A DNA stretch of 64,000 bases from contig OZ234494.1 of assembly GCA_965153455.1 (NCBI GenBank), forward strand, positions 12,276,001-12,340,000, in the 5' to 3' direction. Positions 51,001 to 64,000 of the stretch are shown in pieces. Below the pieces are notes generated by a model. It saw only the letters and a list, made by a program, of their open reading frames with translations, made no database searches and was not told where the DNA came from. This DNA is from Sphagnum compactum. Its lineage: Eukaryota. The first letter of the stretch is position 1; each line of letters opens with the position of its first letter. A program made the position numbers and the translations under genes.

Positions 51001-54000
51001 ACAGGAGATGAAAAGGCTCTTGGTTGCTGGCAAGCAGAAGGATGCCTTGAAGTGTGCACAACAAGGGCAGCTGTGGGGCCCTGCTCTACTTCTTGCATGC
51101 CAACTTGGTGACAAGGTCAGGGTGTCTGTAGTTCTTTGGGAGTTCTACCACAATTGCCTTTTATGTACTCCTCTATTCTTTAGATATGGGTAGCTCACTT
51201 TGAACTCTGAGTACAAATTCTAAACCTTTTTTCCATTGCTGGTGACTGAAGCACATGTGTTGTATTGGGGACATGTGACCTGGGTGCAGTTCTATACAGA
51301 GACGGCAACAGAGATGGCAAAAGCACAGTTTATGGAGGGATCACCACTCCGTACATTGTGTTTGCTGCTTGCAGGTCAGCCTGCTGATGTTTTCTTGGGG
51401 ACTGCTTTGCCAGGAGCAATGCAAACAATGGATGCCACCAAAATCAGCAATTTAACACAGGTCTGGTTGTGAGCTTGCAGGAGCAGTTTTTTGTAGTCAT
51501 CTATCCTCATGTCAGGAGCAAACATTTTGCAACCTTCATAATTTTTAGGGCAGTTTTGCTGGAGAATCTGACTGGTGGGGAGATGTGTACCCAGTGTGTT
51601 TTGGTGCAAATTTAATCAAATCTGTAAGACTTGTGGGAGCTCAGATGCAGGTTGGAGTTGGGGCAATGCTAGAAGAATGGCAAGAGAATCTTGCCATAAT
51701 GGCTGCCAATCGAACTGCTGGGGATGAGCGTGTTATTTTGCATCTTGGAGATTGCCTTTGGCGAGCTCGTGGTGAGGTGGGTTATAGGATTTTATCAATC
51801 TTTGCAGATCAGCATGCTGTGCTTTCTTGTCTTCCTACTTTTCATATGGAGGCTTTGGGAAAAGGTGTTGACAAATGTCTGTCTGTGTGCTTGGCAGGTG
51901 AATGCAGCACACATTTGCTATCTGGTTGCAGATGCAGCACTGGAATCATATTCACAGAGTGCAAGGCTGTGTTTAATTGGTGCTGACCATTGCAAGAATC
52001 CACGGACATATGTTACTGCAGATGCTATTCAGGCAAGCCTTTCTGATGACCTTGGTTCACATAACTTGTAAAATGGCACTTGAAATCATCATCATCATCA
52101 TCATCATCATAATGCTGGAGACAGAGGGAAATCAGATAATACAAGGGGCAGTGAGAAGAAATTGGAGTTCATGTTTTCAGAACTACATTGAGTAAAGGCA
52201 ATTTGCAGGGCCTGAGAGTGAGGGTTAGGAATATGTGGAGCAAGTGCACCTCCCCACTTCTAAATAGCATGCAGGCAGATGAGAATGGTACGTGTTAGAT
52301 TTTTCTAATGAGTGTTTGTATGTGTACAGCGTACTGAGATTTTTGAGTATGCAAAAGTGCTGGGCAACCCACAATTTGTTCTCCTCCCTTTTCAACCTTA
52401 CAAGCTTATTTATGCTTCCATGCTTGCAGAAGCTGGAAAGTCTGCTGAAGCTCTCAGGTATGTATGTCTCACATGGTCTGCTGTATGATGAGAGTTGTGG
52501 GTCAGGTTCCCTTAAAGCTAAGGTTTCTCCAGTAGATCATTCAGGGTCTCACTGGAATTTTCAATGCATACCTTTGATTCTGAGTTTTTCCAAGCAAATG
52601 GAGCTGCAAAAGTCTAATCATATTGTTCTGTTTTGACTGCCCTGTTTTAGGCCAATGAACTTTGAGTCCTTGTTTCACAAAATGTGTAGCATTTAAACCC
52701 CACAAAAAAGTGGGCTTTCAATAGTTGCAGGAATGACTGAAGCAGCCATCCCTAACCCATAGTTGTGCTGTCTATGCTTGTAGATATTGTCAGGCTGTGC
52801 TTAAAACCCTAAAGACTGCAGGCCGCTCTCCTGATATGGAGGCTTGTAGAGTGGCTGCAACAGATTTGGAGGACCGTCTTCGTATGCAGGTGGTGATTTT
52901 CTGACATCTCTGAAAAGATTTTTTTTCCCCTGGCTAAGCTGTAAAAAATTGTCTTTGAAAATCTGAGGTTATGTTGTGCCTGGGTCTTGCAAATTTCAGG
53001 GAAAATTTCCTGATGAATATTACCACGTCTGACTGGCAATCTTAGTAGTCTGGCTGTAGTATCACTCTGGCAACAAACATTCATTTGTTTTCAACACGAT
53101 TTTAGAGAAGCAGAGTGGATAATATTTATTGTCTCTTGGTTTTGGTGGTGGCAGGATGGGCATGGGTCTACCTTGGCACCAGGAAAACTAGTGGGTCGGT
53201 TTTTGAGCACTCTGGACAGGGGTATCTCACGTATGATTGGTGGGCCTCCCCCATCTACATCAGCAATGTCCCATGGACATGGAATAGAACATGGTGGGGA
53301 GCAAAACATGACCAACCAAGTGAGGCCAGGCTCGAGTCATGGACAAAGACCTCCAGTGCCTTCAGATCCATCTGGCTCTGTCGTTGCATCCATGGAGCTT
53401 TTACCTAAGGAGCCTAAGCGCTACATGTCATCCCGCAGTTTTTCTGAACCTGATTTTAGCAAAAGTCCTAAGGAGGTATTGTTCTTCCTTACACAACTCA
53501 AGGGAGGGTTATTTTAAAAGAGAAAGATGTGCTGGGTATACAATGTAATTGTAGGCAAGAATCTTTGCTAATGGAAGTGAATACGGATGCCATGCAGGGG
53601 AAGGGAGAGGGTATTTCGGGATCACCATCTAGAGCAGCTTCCGGGGGTTACCACCTGGGTCGTTTTGGCTCATCCATTCTGCAAAAAGCTGTGGGCTTGG
53701 TTTCGTTCACCTCTCACACACCTAAGGTCTAAGCTATTTTCTGCTTGGAAAATTTTCTGCATTTGGTTTGTTTCTGTCTTCCCTAGTTTGGTTCTTTCTG
53801 TGGCTTCCTGAGGAAGTGTTAACCTTGCTGTTTCTTCTTCTTCATGAGAATGGAGATTTCTCAACTAATCAGCTTTTACCCTGATATCTCCAATTTATTG
53901 TTGCATATCCATTGTTTACCTTCCATGCACAAAGGAAGATATTTCCACAGATGCTTTCTGTTTTGCCGGTGTGAATGGTGTCAACTGGGTTGCTAATGAG

Positions 54001-55280
54001 ATTGTAAATGGTTTTAGTCTTCTCACAAGAAAATGGGTTGTTGCTAGTTTGAAGAGGCGATCTTACACATGGGTTCATAACTGATCAGGCTAAACTTGGA
54101 GACACAAACAAGTTCAGATATGATGAGAAGCTCAAGAGATGGGTGGAAGAAGGTGTTGAACTTCCACCTGAGGAGCCATTGCCACCTCCTCCAATTTCTT
54201 CCAACTTTATAGGGTCGACATCTCCAGAGACAAGTCAAGTCACTGCGCCAGCTGTTTCCTCAAAGCCTGGCACCCCTCCAATTCCTCCTAGTAGTGGCAC
54301 CCATTCTTCCCGGACACGGTCACAGGGTGTCTGGTCCAGGTATTGCTTTCAAAGGCCAGAGTGTTAGAAACTGGCTCATGGTCTCATAAGGTTTTTGTGG
54401 AGTTTTTTGTTCATCATGATTGTGATGCTTCTTGGTTCATTTTTACATCCCTGAACCTTGAACCCAAAAGAGGATCCCTGCTTGCATGGGGTTTTTGATG
54501 TGTGAATCATTGTTCTGCTGCAGGTATGTGGACACTTTCAATACCAGTGGAACTGCAAGTGCTGTGAAACCAGTAGTAGCTCCTTTTGTTCCAATTCCAA
54601 CAGCAGGCAAAGTGGGCACAGCCATGCCTACTATGTTTATCCCCACACCTTTACCAGGAACTGCACTGAATGAGAGCAGAAGTGAGTTTGCTGATACCAT
54701 GAACAGCAGCAGGGATGAGAGCACCAGCAAGGGAGGATACTTGGATACTGCAAACTCATATTCTGACTCAACAGATACAGGCCAGCTGAACCTTGCTACC
54801 TCTTCCATGATGGTACCTGGAGTGCCAATGTCAGATAATGGCTTTGCACCTTCTGCTGTTGATGGTAGTGTTTACCCTTCTGTCACTAGTAGTAGGACAG
54901 TTCCTCCCACCTTCAGCACTGAAGCGCATACACGATCTGCTTCTTGGGATGGATACCAAACCTCCTTCCACCCATTGCAGTTTCCTAGTGAAGAAGATTC
55001 TTACAGAGCATCCTATGGTGTGTACAATGAATTCCGTGGCTCGCACTATGCGCATCCTGCAGCTTCAGTCTCAGGGTCACCACTGACGAACAACATGAAT
55101 TTCTTCAGTTCCTCACTGCCATCTCCCCCGCCAATCCCACCACCACTAGGTTCAGCAGAGGGAAGTGGCATTGCGACAGCACATAAGGACCCAAATGGGG
55201 TTATGCTGGTGCAACCTTATACATCAAGTCAAGGCACAGAATCTTTAGTAGTTGATGAAATGCAGGAAGTGGAGCTCTGA
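48098..55280 (+). CDS. SEC16: COPII coat assembly scaffold SEC16 (MAG5/SEC16A/B homolog)
   Basis: Exons ~48098-50110, 50234-50497, 50605-50739, 50993-51115, 51290-51460, 51651-51776, 51898-52032 (GC donor), 52330-52457, 52784-52889, 53155-53475, 53598-53726, 54089-54339, 54524-55280. Plant Sec16 motifs YPGWYYD, GRPPHSLACFGFGGKL, LRLLWGLLKVACQHYGKLRS, WQENLAIMAANRT, RTEIFEYAKVLGNPQF, AKLGDTNKFRYDEKLKRWVEEG, terminal EMQEVEL. Start ATG uncertain (48098 or 48134). Confidence 0.92.
49432..49585 (+). repeat. Coding Gln-rich minisatellite within SEC16 exon 1
   Basis: cagcaacttcagcaatctcaacaacct-type 9/27-bp units encoding QQPQQLQQSQQP repeats. Confidence 0.85.
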
Positions 55281-55833
55281 CTGGGGACAGAGGAGGAGTG
55301 GATGGTGGCAGATTTACATTTCCCCCCAATTATCTTGAATGGCTAGTCATTGTGGTACAGTGTTTTAATATTTGTGTGTGCTACCACCGTGGGAGCCAGG
55401 AATGAGGCATGCTGTCTTGAAGTGGGTGGCAAGATGGTGGCATCATTCCAGTTGAAAGTGTGGGTAGCGCACAGTAGCAGCTGGTAACTTCCAATCCTGA
55501 ATGTTGTTGCATTTTTTGAGCCACTATTATACAGCAGCTTGTAGGGATGTTTACTTTCACAAATGGATCACCTTGAAACTGTCACTAATCACAGTAGTCA
55601 AAGTTGAGGTGTGGAATGTTTTGCTTTCAATTGATTTATGGATGATGGGTGTGCATCATTTGCCAATTGATGTTGATTTTGTTTGGTTTGTGCCTGGGAC
55701 AGGGGGAAGTTTAATCAAGCGGTCACTGGCTTACTCTTTTCTGAGGGGACCAAGATTACCACTGCATGCAGTGGCTGGCTCCTCTTTTGTGGTCTGGAGC
55801 CATGCTACTTGTATGGCTCCTTGCAGATTTGCT

Positions 55834-55835
<2 letters not shown>

Positions 55836-55878
<43 letters not shown>
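55836..55878 (+). repeat. (GA)n microsatellite
   Basis: Uninterrupted ga repeat. Confidence 0.9.
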
Positions 55879-55883
<5 letters not shown>

Positions 55884-57289
55884 TCATTCAAGGACCGGCA
55901 TAGAAAAATTAGTTGTGTAAATGCAAGCTACAATGTATTAAAGCTGGGATTCTTCTTCCATCTTTAAAAAATTCATCAACATGAGTTCTTTTAAAAAAAT
56001 TCTCCACATGAGTTTATATATCTATATCATAGCGGCACAGCTATTTTTCTTTGAAGTTGATGGAAACTTTGTCAATGGAGAAGATTGGGGGGGGGGGGGG
56101 GGGGGGGGGAGGAGGGCAAGGGGCAGCCAGGGCAGACCAGAGGTACTGTTCTCCTCACAAATAAAGTGTCTTGAAACTTGAGGACACTCAATAACTTGTA
56201 CCCTTCAATAACTTACTCAATAACTTGTACTAGAAAAACTGATCATTAGAAAACAACTCTACTTTGTATTATATCGTCTGAAATATTTCCATACCTGCAA
56301 TGGGTTCAGAAGGATCTGATGAAGGACCACCTGTGCAAATGGATACCAGTCCTAGCAGTTCAAAGGCGGGCAAGGAAAGTAAGGAACCAAATAGGCAGAA
56401 GCAGAGGTAAGCCCAGCAGCTACTGCTGAATACCAAATCTGTGGCATACATGGCTTTGTGTAATTTCCAAATCCGTCCCATTTCATGGTCATTCACAAAG
56501 GTAGGTAATGAACCTTGTTCATGAACTATTGTAAATGTGGAATGTTTCACTTTCGAATTGTGTCTGTGAAATTAAAGGATGGGTCATGGTCATATGTGAT
56601 TGGTGCTGAGTACCTCTCTAGATACACAAGTTACTGTATGACAAATTGTACATTAACATGTGAATGTTTAGGATATGCATGTGAGTGTAACGAGATTGAA
56701 TATTGTACTTTTGAACATAATGTTTCTTGGAAGGTGGAATATGGAGGCTCTACATTGACAGTAACCAAGAGGATCTAAGGATTAAGTAATGGGATTTGAA
56801 GCATAAGATATGAATGGAGCATAATTTGTGTTTCTTGTAGTAGTACAAAGATGGCATGATGTATGGAAATTCCCAAAACTGTATGGTTACTAAGCTCATG
56901 GTCAATGGGTGCGAAATGGATATTGCAAGGCTTTATAAGATTAACTACGGTTTTAGAAGTTATATGGTAAAAGTTTTATGAAGCGGTTTTGTAACTTGAT
57001 TGTTGTGCATGTTTTGTTGTAGGTTAAAAGTGTACTTGTAGGAAGCATTTTTGTAACTTGATTGTTGCGCATGTTCTTATCGACAAACATTAAATATTAT
57101 CAGTACATATTATAAGTGCAATGTTGAATTTGTAAGTAATAAGTAAATGTGACTCCAAGTTTAGAACTTATGTCACTACTGGAATCGAGATTGAAGACCA
57201 ATTTTCAAGGTGAATGTTAAATGGTTCTGTAAATCAATTGTGAACTTCAGGACCAATAAATCAAATAGATATTGAGGGTACCACCGGAA

Positions 57290-57678
57290 GCATGCAATGC
57301 AAACAATTATTCAAACACATGCAATGTCATGGGTCAAAGTACGTGGATGAAATTTCACGATTAATGTCATGGGTTGAAATACTTTGGATGAAATTCACAT
57401 GGAATGTTGTGGGCGAAAGTGCTTGGATGAAACGCACATCAACAAGCATCGTGATGAAATTTGCATGCAATGTCATGGGCTAAAGTACTTGGATGAAACT
57501 CACATCAAAAAAGCATGGTGATGAAATTTTGCATGCAATGTCATGGGCTAAAGTACTTGGATGAAACTCACATAAAAAAGCATGGTGATGAAATTCACAT
57601 GCAATGTTGTGGGCTAAAGTACTGGGATGAAACTCACGTCAAAAAGCATGGTGATGAAATTCACATGCAATGTCATAT
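57290..57678 (+). repeat. Minisatellite, ~66-bp unit x~5
   Basis: atgcaatgt(ca/tg)tgggctaaagtact(t/g)ggatgaaactcac...aaaaagcatggtgatgaaatt recurs at ~57465, 57533, 57599, 57665, with diverged copies before. Confidence 0.88.
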
Positions 57679-58002
57679 ATTATAAGTATTTAGTTTAAAT
57701 CCCCATGCAAAGTCTGTATCGAAGCATTTGGATAAAATTCAGCAAAAAAAACACTTCCAGCTTCAGGATTCTAACACCGTTCATCTTGCAGCATCTGATA
57801 ATCAAGCAGAAGTGCAAAGTGTAGAGGAGACGACTACTTCCTGATTTTGCTTACATGGGTGCAGGGTCTTTCACCCGCCATTTAAACAGTTAAGAAAATT
57901 ATCAACTCCAAACATAAATTGAGATCGAGGGAAATGTCTTCTTATAAAAAAGTGAAATGGATTTGTGTACAAAGAGTATGCATTTATAGATCGTATCACT
58001 GG

Positions 58003-58040
58003 AAGGAGAAGAAGAAGAAGAAGAAGAAGAAGAAGAAAAA
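58003..58040 (+). repeat. (GAA)n microsatellite
   Basis: gaagaagaa run. Confidence 0.85.
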
Positions 58041-61000
58041 AAAGAAGCTTGTAAAGAAGAAGAAAGAAAGCTAAACAATCTGTCCAGTGACTCAAGACAA
58101 TCATCACAAAATAGCGACACCCAAAATTCTATGCCCCAAAATCAGATGTTTATGATTTCATTGCCAAAATTAGTTTTGCCAAATTTCTGGATCTATGTAT
58201 GCTCCAGCCATATAAGCCATAGAAGTTCAAAAAGTGGAGAGCTGGTCCTTCACAAGGCTTTCCTTCATATGTATGAAGGCCATCTTTATAGTTGGAAGCT
58301 TTTGATTTCCATTTTTTCCTGTTTTTAAAATTTTTTTTTTTAATAAATTCATTTTCTAGAATCAAAATAATTATTAATATCATTAATTTGAAGAATTTTA
58401 TGTTTTATAATTTGAAATAATTTCAAAGAACTAGTAGGTTGATGAATCATTACTTTCCCCTCTTGCCCCCCACCCCCCCTTTCCCTAAGTTTCTTTGTGT
58501 TGCATCAAATTAAACCACATGCTCCACCGTTACAAAAATCGAATTTGGTGTAAGGAAATTGATGAAACAAAAAATCATGAAGCTAAAATTTTCAATGGTT
58601 TTTCCCATTCAACTTTTTGTAAGAATTGTATTTAATCTATAATTTCAATTTCAACTCAAAATCATATCAAAAGGTTGGAAACTAAAAAATAAATTGAGAC
58701 AACACATTCATATGATTTTATGGATTTTACATGAATATATAATTACATATATCGTTCATGTTAAACTTAAAAACAAACTGGCGAATTGATTTAATTTGAC
58801 ATATGTATGGCTGACTTTTTTTTCTTCTTTTGTGACATAAAGTACTTTCATCTATTTATTAATCATTGTCTCTACTTATGGGGTTTTGATGGATGCTACA
58901 TCTTGTTTTATACAAAAACTTATAAATTGAAGTGTATTGAAGAATCTACAAAAATACTTAACAAATTGAGGATTTTTTATTCTCATACAAAAAAAAAGGT
59001 TCCTTTTACTATTGGCAACACTATGACTTTATGTTGTTAGAAGATTCTTGTGGTAACTATGACATTTTGGGGTTCATTAATATTAAGCATATGAAGGTTA
59101 CCAAGTTGTATGAGAATTATATGGAGGTCATTTGACATCTTATCAATGATTCCAATAACTAATGTACACCATTTTTGTTAATGCACATTTGAAGTCTTCA
59201 AAGATATCGTGAAAGGCTCACTCATAATTGACTCATCGTTTAAGAATTAGAATCGAAGACAAGAAAAGACAAGAAGACACAAGGAAAAGGCAAAACAAGA
59301 GAACAATGCATGAATCTGATTGGGTGTGATGGAATGTTGTCAATGAAAACATAATCATATTGTGTTTTACATAATAAAATAACCATAGAAAAAACTTCAA
59401 AAAGTTTATGGTAATTCAAACCAACATTGGTGAGGTTTAAGTGTAACAATTTGCATGATAAATTTATTTTTTATTACTTGGTGGTAATTACATATGCATC
59501 TATGAACAACAACATCAATTACACCATGGCATTTCTTTTCATGCACTTTGCAAAGATTGTATCAACAATCCTTTGTGGGACCTAAGACATCGTTAACTAT
59601 TGGTATTAGGGTGAAAGTCCATTACGGTGACCCCCCCTTTGGGGCACTTTTGGATCTAGTATTATAATATATAAATATAATTGTTTCAAAAACATGATAC
59701 ATTTAATTTTGGGTATCAATTTTGATTTTTGGGCTTTATAAGTATTATGTTTACAAAATTAATGTTATGTAATATTATTTAAATAATAATAATAATAAAT
59801 TTCATTATCTATAGTGAAAGATCCATGAATATATTTACAATATACATCAATTGATATAATAGGGCCATTATCTCATTTTGATCACACTAGTTTTAAGGCT
59901 TCATTAGTCATTAAAATAATTCATTTTAATGAAAATATAAAAATGGCCCATCTAGCTATGCTTGTCATCTTCCACTTGAATGTAATTACTTGTCAAAATT
60001 TCAATTTACCACACGTTTACTGCATCTTTGTTGAAAAAACTCATTTTTTGAATAAAAAATTTCAAATTAGTCACATGGTATACCAACATGCTTCTAATTA
60101 TGTGAAATGACATGGTTCAATATACCTTCAACTTTCATAACAATACAAAATCATTTAAATATTTTTTAGAGTACATTTGTGTTTTTGAGTACACAAGTAC
60201 ACTTCATTTGTTTTCACAAATATATTCCAATCTTTCATTTTATAAAATGAAATGAAATAGTTTCTTTTATAATATCTTGTCTAGGATATATTCTAACATA
60301 ATATGCAAAGATATTAAGAAATTATTTCAAAAGTTTGATGTGGGATACATTCAAACATGCACACCCTTGGAAAGTAGTACAATTTGACACCCCAAACATC
60401 ACCATAGTGTGCTTTCACCCATCATTATCATTATGTATGGTCATATGGAGGATCCAATTGAGTGATCGGTGGCCATCAAATAGGTTTGACCAATGGTTAA
60501 TATCCATTGCATTTGGAAGAATGTTTGCCCCATCATTATGAATTTTATAAACTATTGTGAGACCTCATGGTGTTTTATGTGATGATAATATGCATTTGAA
60601 ATTTAGCAATTGACCATAAGAGGTTTAGGCTAAAGGCTAGTTGAAACTCTCGTGAAAACAATTACATCCTAGTTGTAATACAAGCTTGTTTAAGGTAATT
60701 AATTTTCACTTTACAAATGTGTTTAATTTGTTGGCATATGATTCAATCTAGATCAACTATTTAAACATTTGGTGGAAGAAAGCCTATGCAATATGTAATG
60801 ATCAACCCATGTGGTAGGAAAGAACCTTGAATTCTATTTGATGAACATGGCATATGTATCCCTCTACTTTTGCTTGTGTTGCGATGGCGTTGATGAAAAT
60901 GGACCTCACAAAGCCACATGCAAGCCTAGTTAAAAAGTAAAGTTCAATTGATGTTGTTCAAAGCAAATGGATAGATGGAAAATACATCCTAAAAGAATAT

Positions 61001-64000
61001 ATTTTCAAAACTTTTATCACATTTATCAATTAATTCTACAAGGAATTTGTATCACTATTGAATAGAAAGTTGACAAGATAGTTAGAAAGGAAGTCAGCAT
61101 AGAAAACATGCAAAGATATTGCTTTGGTAGGAAGAGAATTATCATTGCGGTTACAAGTTAAAACAATGTTGTGACCAAAGTTATGTTTTCAAAGCTTTTG
61201 ATGATTATAATGATTGATCATTTAGGTCCATCTTCATGTAGATGTAACATGTGACAGTGTCGCACATGAATATGGTGGCTATTGCGACTAACATGGCAAC
61301 AATGGTTCATGGCTTGGTAATCAAGAATGTATATTTTGCCTATTTAGCTTTCACCTTGATGTTTTTGACATTGTTATGCAAAGGCATTTTTTTAAAAGTT
61401 GTGATTTTCCATGTTCTTTACTTCTTAGTTGTCCACATTTCCTATTCCAAAGAGGGTCCAATCATATTCCATGTCTGTTTCAAATATATATTTTTAATGA
61501 ATGAAATTCATATGTTAATTTTTTTCCCATTCTACATTATTTGCAAGAGGTGAATTCATATGGCATTCATGATTGACCATGTTGACTATCTCATATGGTT
61601 GTTGTCATGTAACATACATTATTGTAAATGTTGTCTTTTATGTTGTTCCTTTTATTGAGTTTTATGAATACAAAAAAAACACATGTACAATATGAACACA
61701 TAGTAAAAAAGGATTAGTCATTTTAGATAGCATTTATTAGCACTTTACTCACATTGAACATGATTAAGTTGCTAATTTTGTGAACAACTATCATGTTCAT
61801 TTTGACTAAAAAATATCATGTGCTAGTGACACGACTAGTTTATTGTGAGTAAAAACTAGCTTAGGTGCTAAATGGTGTTGATTTATAGAAAAGATAAATA
61901 AAATAATTATGATTTAAAATTATTTATTAATTAAAATGGCTGGGGATGTAAAATGTAAGCCTAGGGATGTAAGCCAAGCCCCTTAGGCATGTAGGCCATT
62001 TGTAAGCTTTAAAGCATGAACAAGTAGTCATTAGATTAAATTGAACCCCTCACTTTCATGGTGACAAGGCAAAGCATTAACTATCCACCCACCACTTCAC
62101 ATGATGATGGATAATGTCATAAGAAAATAATATAAACACATACTCATTTTGAGTTTCACATTTTATAATTTCAAATCATAAATATATGTCAACATATAAT
62201 TCTAGACATGAATCAAGGTTGATACTAAATAGGTAGATGGTGAATATTTTGCTACACATACCTATTTAGTTACCAACCTATTATCTACCTACCTAACTAT
62301 TTACCTAACCTATTACCTATTTACTTACCAAACTACATACCTACCTATCCACATGCTATGCAGCTTAGACCACATGCCTAAGGGGCTTGCAACCTACACT
62401 TGACACATATGTAAATATGTAACATTATCAATGATTAAAATTTAGAACATATAGTATGTAACAATCCATGTCACCCATGGAGTCACTAAAATTAGTCATG
62501 CCATAATAAGCATTGATGTCATGTAGGCATCACAAGATCCATGTGTAATTGACTTTTTTGATTTGACTAAAAAAATTAGTTGATGTAGTAAAATAAGACA
62601 TGCCTACTTTTGGAAGGGGCAAAACGGACAAAGAATATTTTTTTAATAATTTCGAATAAGTAAATTTAGTCACATCAATCATTGTAGTCATAGTGCCAAA
62701 GGCATAATAGACATGGTTTTGTAGTATTTATAAGATTTATTTTACTATTAAGATAATTTATCAAATTTTTTATTCAAATGATATGAGGAATTAGGTTTAA
62801 ATGCATCCCCAAAGGCTTACAAGGTATCAAAGTTTTCTTTTTGATATATAGCTCTATGAAGACTTGAAAGCCTTGGGGGTGAAAACACACTATGGTGGAC
62901 CAAAATTAGTGGATGTGGTGTCCATAAAGTCCTATTCATATTGTAAAATTGGAGTTATTATTTCAAAATGGTAGCCATTTTTCTTAAAACTAAAAATTTG
63001 TGAATTTCAAGAAAAGCCTCCCCCAAGAATCCTACATACTACTTATGTTTTGAAATGTACCTCAAAATTCATCAATATTTGAATTTCAAGGATTAAATTC
63101 AACAACTAACTCATACATTTCCATTATTTTAAACAATATTTACTTTCCCATGAATTAGTCGATTCTAGATCTACATTCATGATACCATTCCACCCAAAAA
63201 ATGACATTTATTGGTATATGTCATGATGCATTTTTGAATCCATAATACAAATCATGGATTGCGTCAATGTTGTTGCCCTAACTTAGGAAGTCCACTTTGA
63301 ATTCATAGTATCATTATTTGTCACTCTATTTTTTACAATATTTTCAACTTGTACCCTATTACTAAAAAATGAGTCCTTTCCAATATTTGATCATACTTTC
63401 AAAGTTGTATAGGCCTAGAACTTAACATTCTTATGTGAAAATTGTAGTGTGACACAAAAAAAAATGGGACTATCTAGTGTGCTTTCACCTTTGGGTGTGC
63501 TACTTATTATCTCAGATTAAAATAAAATGGGCATGCAAAAGTTTTGTGATGGGACAAGGACAAGCTCCTAAAGTTGAATTCACAAATGTGTGCAAATGCA
63601 CAAATTAAAATTTTAAAAAAATTAATGGATTTGGAACCAAATTGGTGCTTAGACAAATCATAGATCCATAAGGTTACCATGGTTTAGATTTGGGAAAAGC
63701 CACCACTTTCTTCCTTTATAATATATTTTGTAGCTTCTTGTTATTATCGCTACACATTTGGGAATGTCCAACCAACCTTGTTCACAAGTCTATCATCAAC
63801 CACATCCCTTGGGACTTAGGGTCAATGCTTTCTTTCCTTAAAAACCTTGGTATTGGGTTAACCAAATGACTATAGCAAAGGAGCTTTTTCCTTCTAATGT
63901 TTACAAGATTTTAGAATTTTTTTCACATATCATGTCCACATTTGAGTTCAAAAAACTTTCTTACTTTGGCTAGTTCATGTAACCTAGTGCTAATGCAATT

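Noticed and set aside
63430-63860. Possible degraded LTR-retrotransposon fragment
   Set aside because: Only a vague resemblance from memory; no TG..CA pair, PBS/PPT or coding motif can be shown in the window.

Overview
Eukaryotic land-plant (bryophyte, most likely Sphagnum-type peat moss; inferred from intron-rich genes, TTTAGGG repeats and AT-rich degenerate intergenic DNA) genomic DNA. It holds five intron-containing genes that I assembled by hand from splice sites: (1) the last exon of a gene entering from the left (+, to 1202; resembles the plant STK11IP-like/'outer arm dynein light chain 1' LRR family); (2) a kinesin-light-chain-like TPR protein with an organelle-targeting-like N-terminus (-, 4730-9149, 7 exons); (3) a 17-exon gene for an uncharacterised alpha-helical (MIF4G/HEAT-like) + WD40 protein (-, 18281-24001); (4) a FAM114/DUF719-like ('BAT2 domain') protein (+, 38654-43489, two GC-AG introns); (5) the COPII scaffold SEC16 (+, ~48098-55280, one GC-AG intron). 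Intergenic DNA contains a fossil rolling-circle transposon in which a Pif1 helicase is followed by an AP-endonuclease (Helentron-like, ~16000-17600), a complete non-autonomous Helitron (36129-36960), a 154-bp CACTA mini-element with TAA TSD, other MITE-like elements and many minisatellites. Tandem arrays rich in telo-box, site-II or ACGT motifs lie directly upstream of three of the four intact genes, and the fourth has a short cluster of such motifs. No rRNA, tRNA or CRISPR array was seen.
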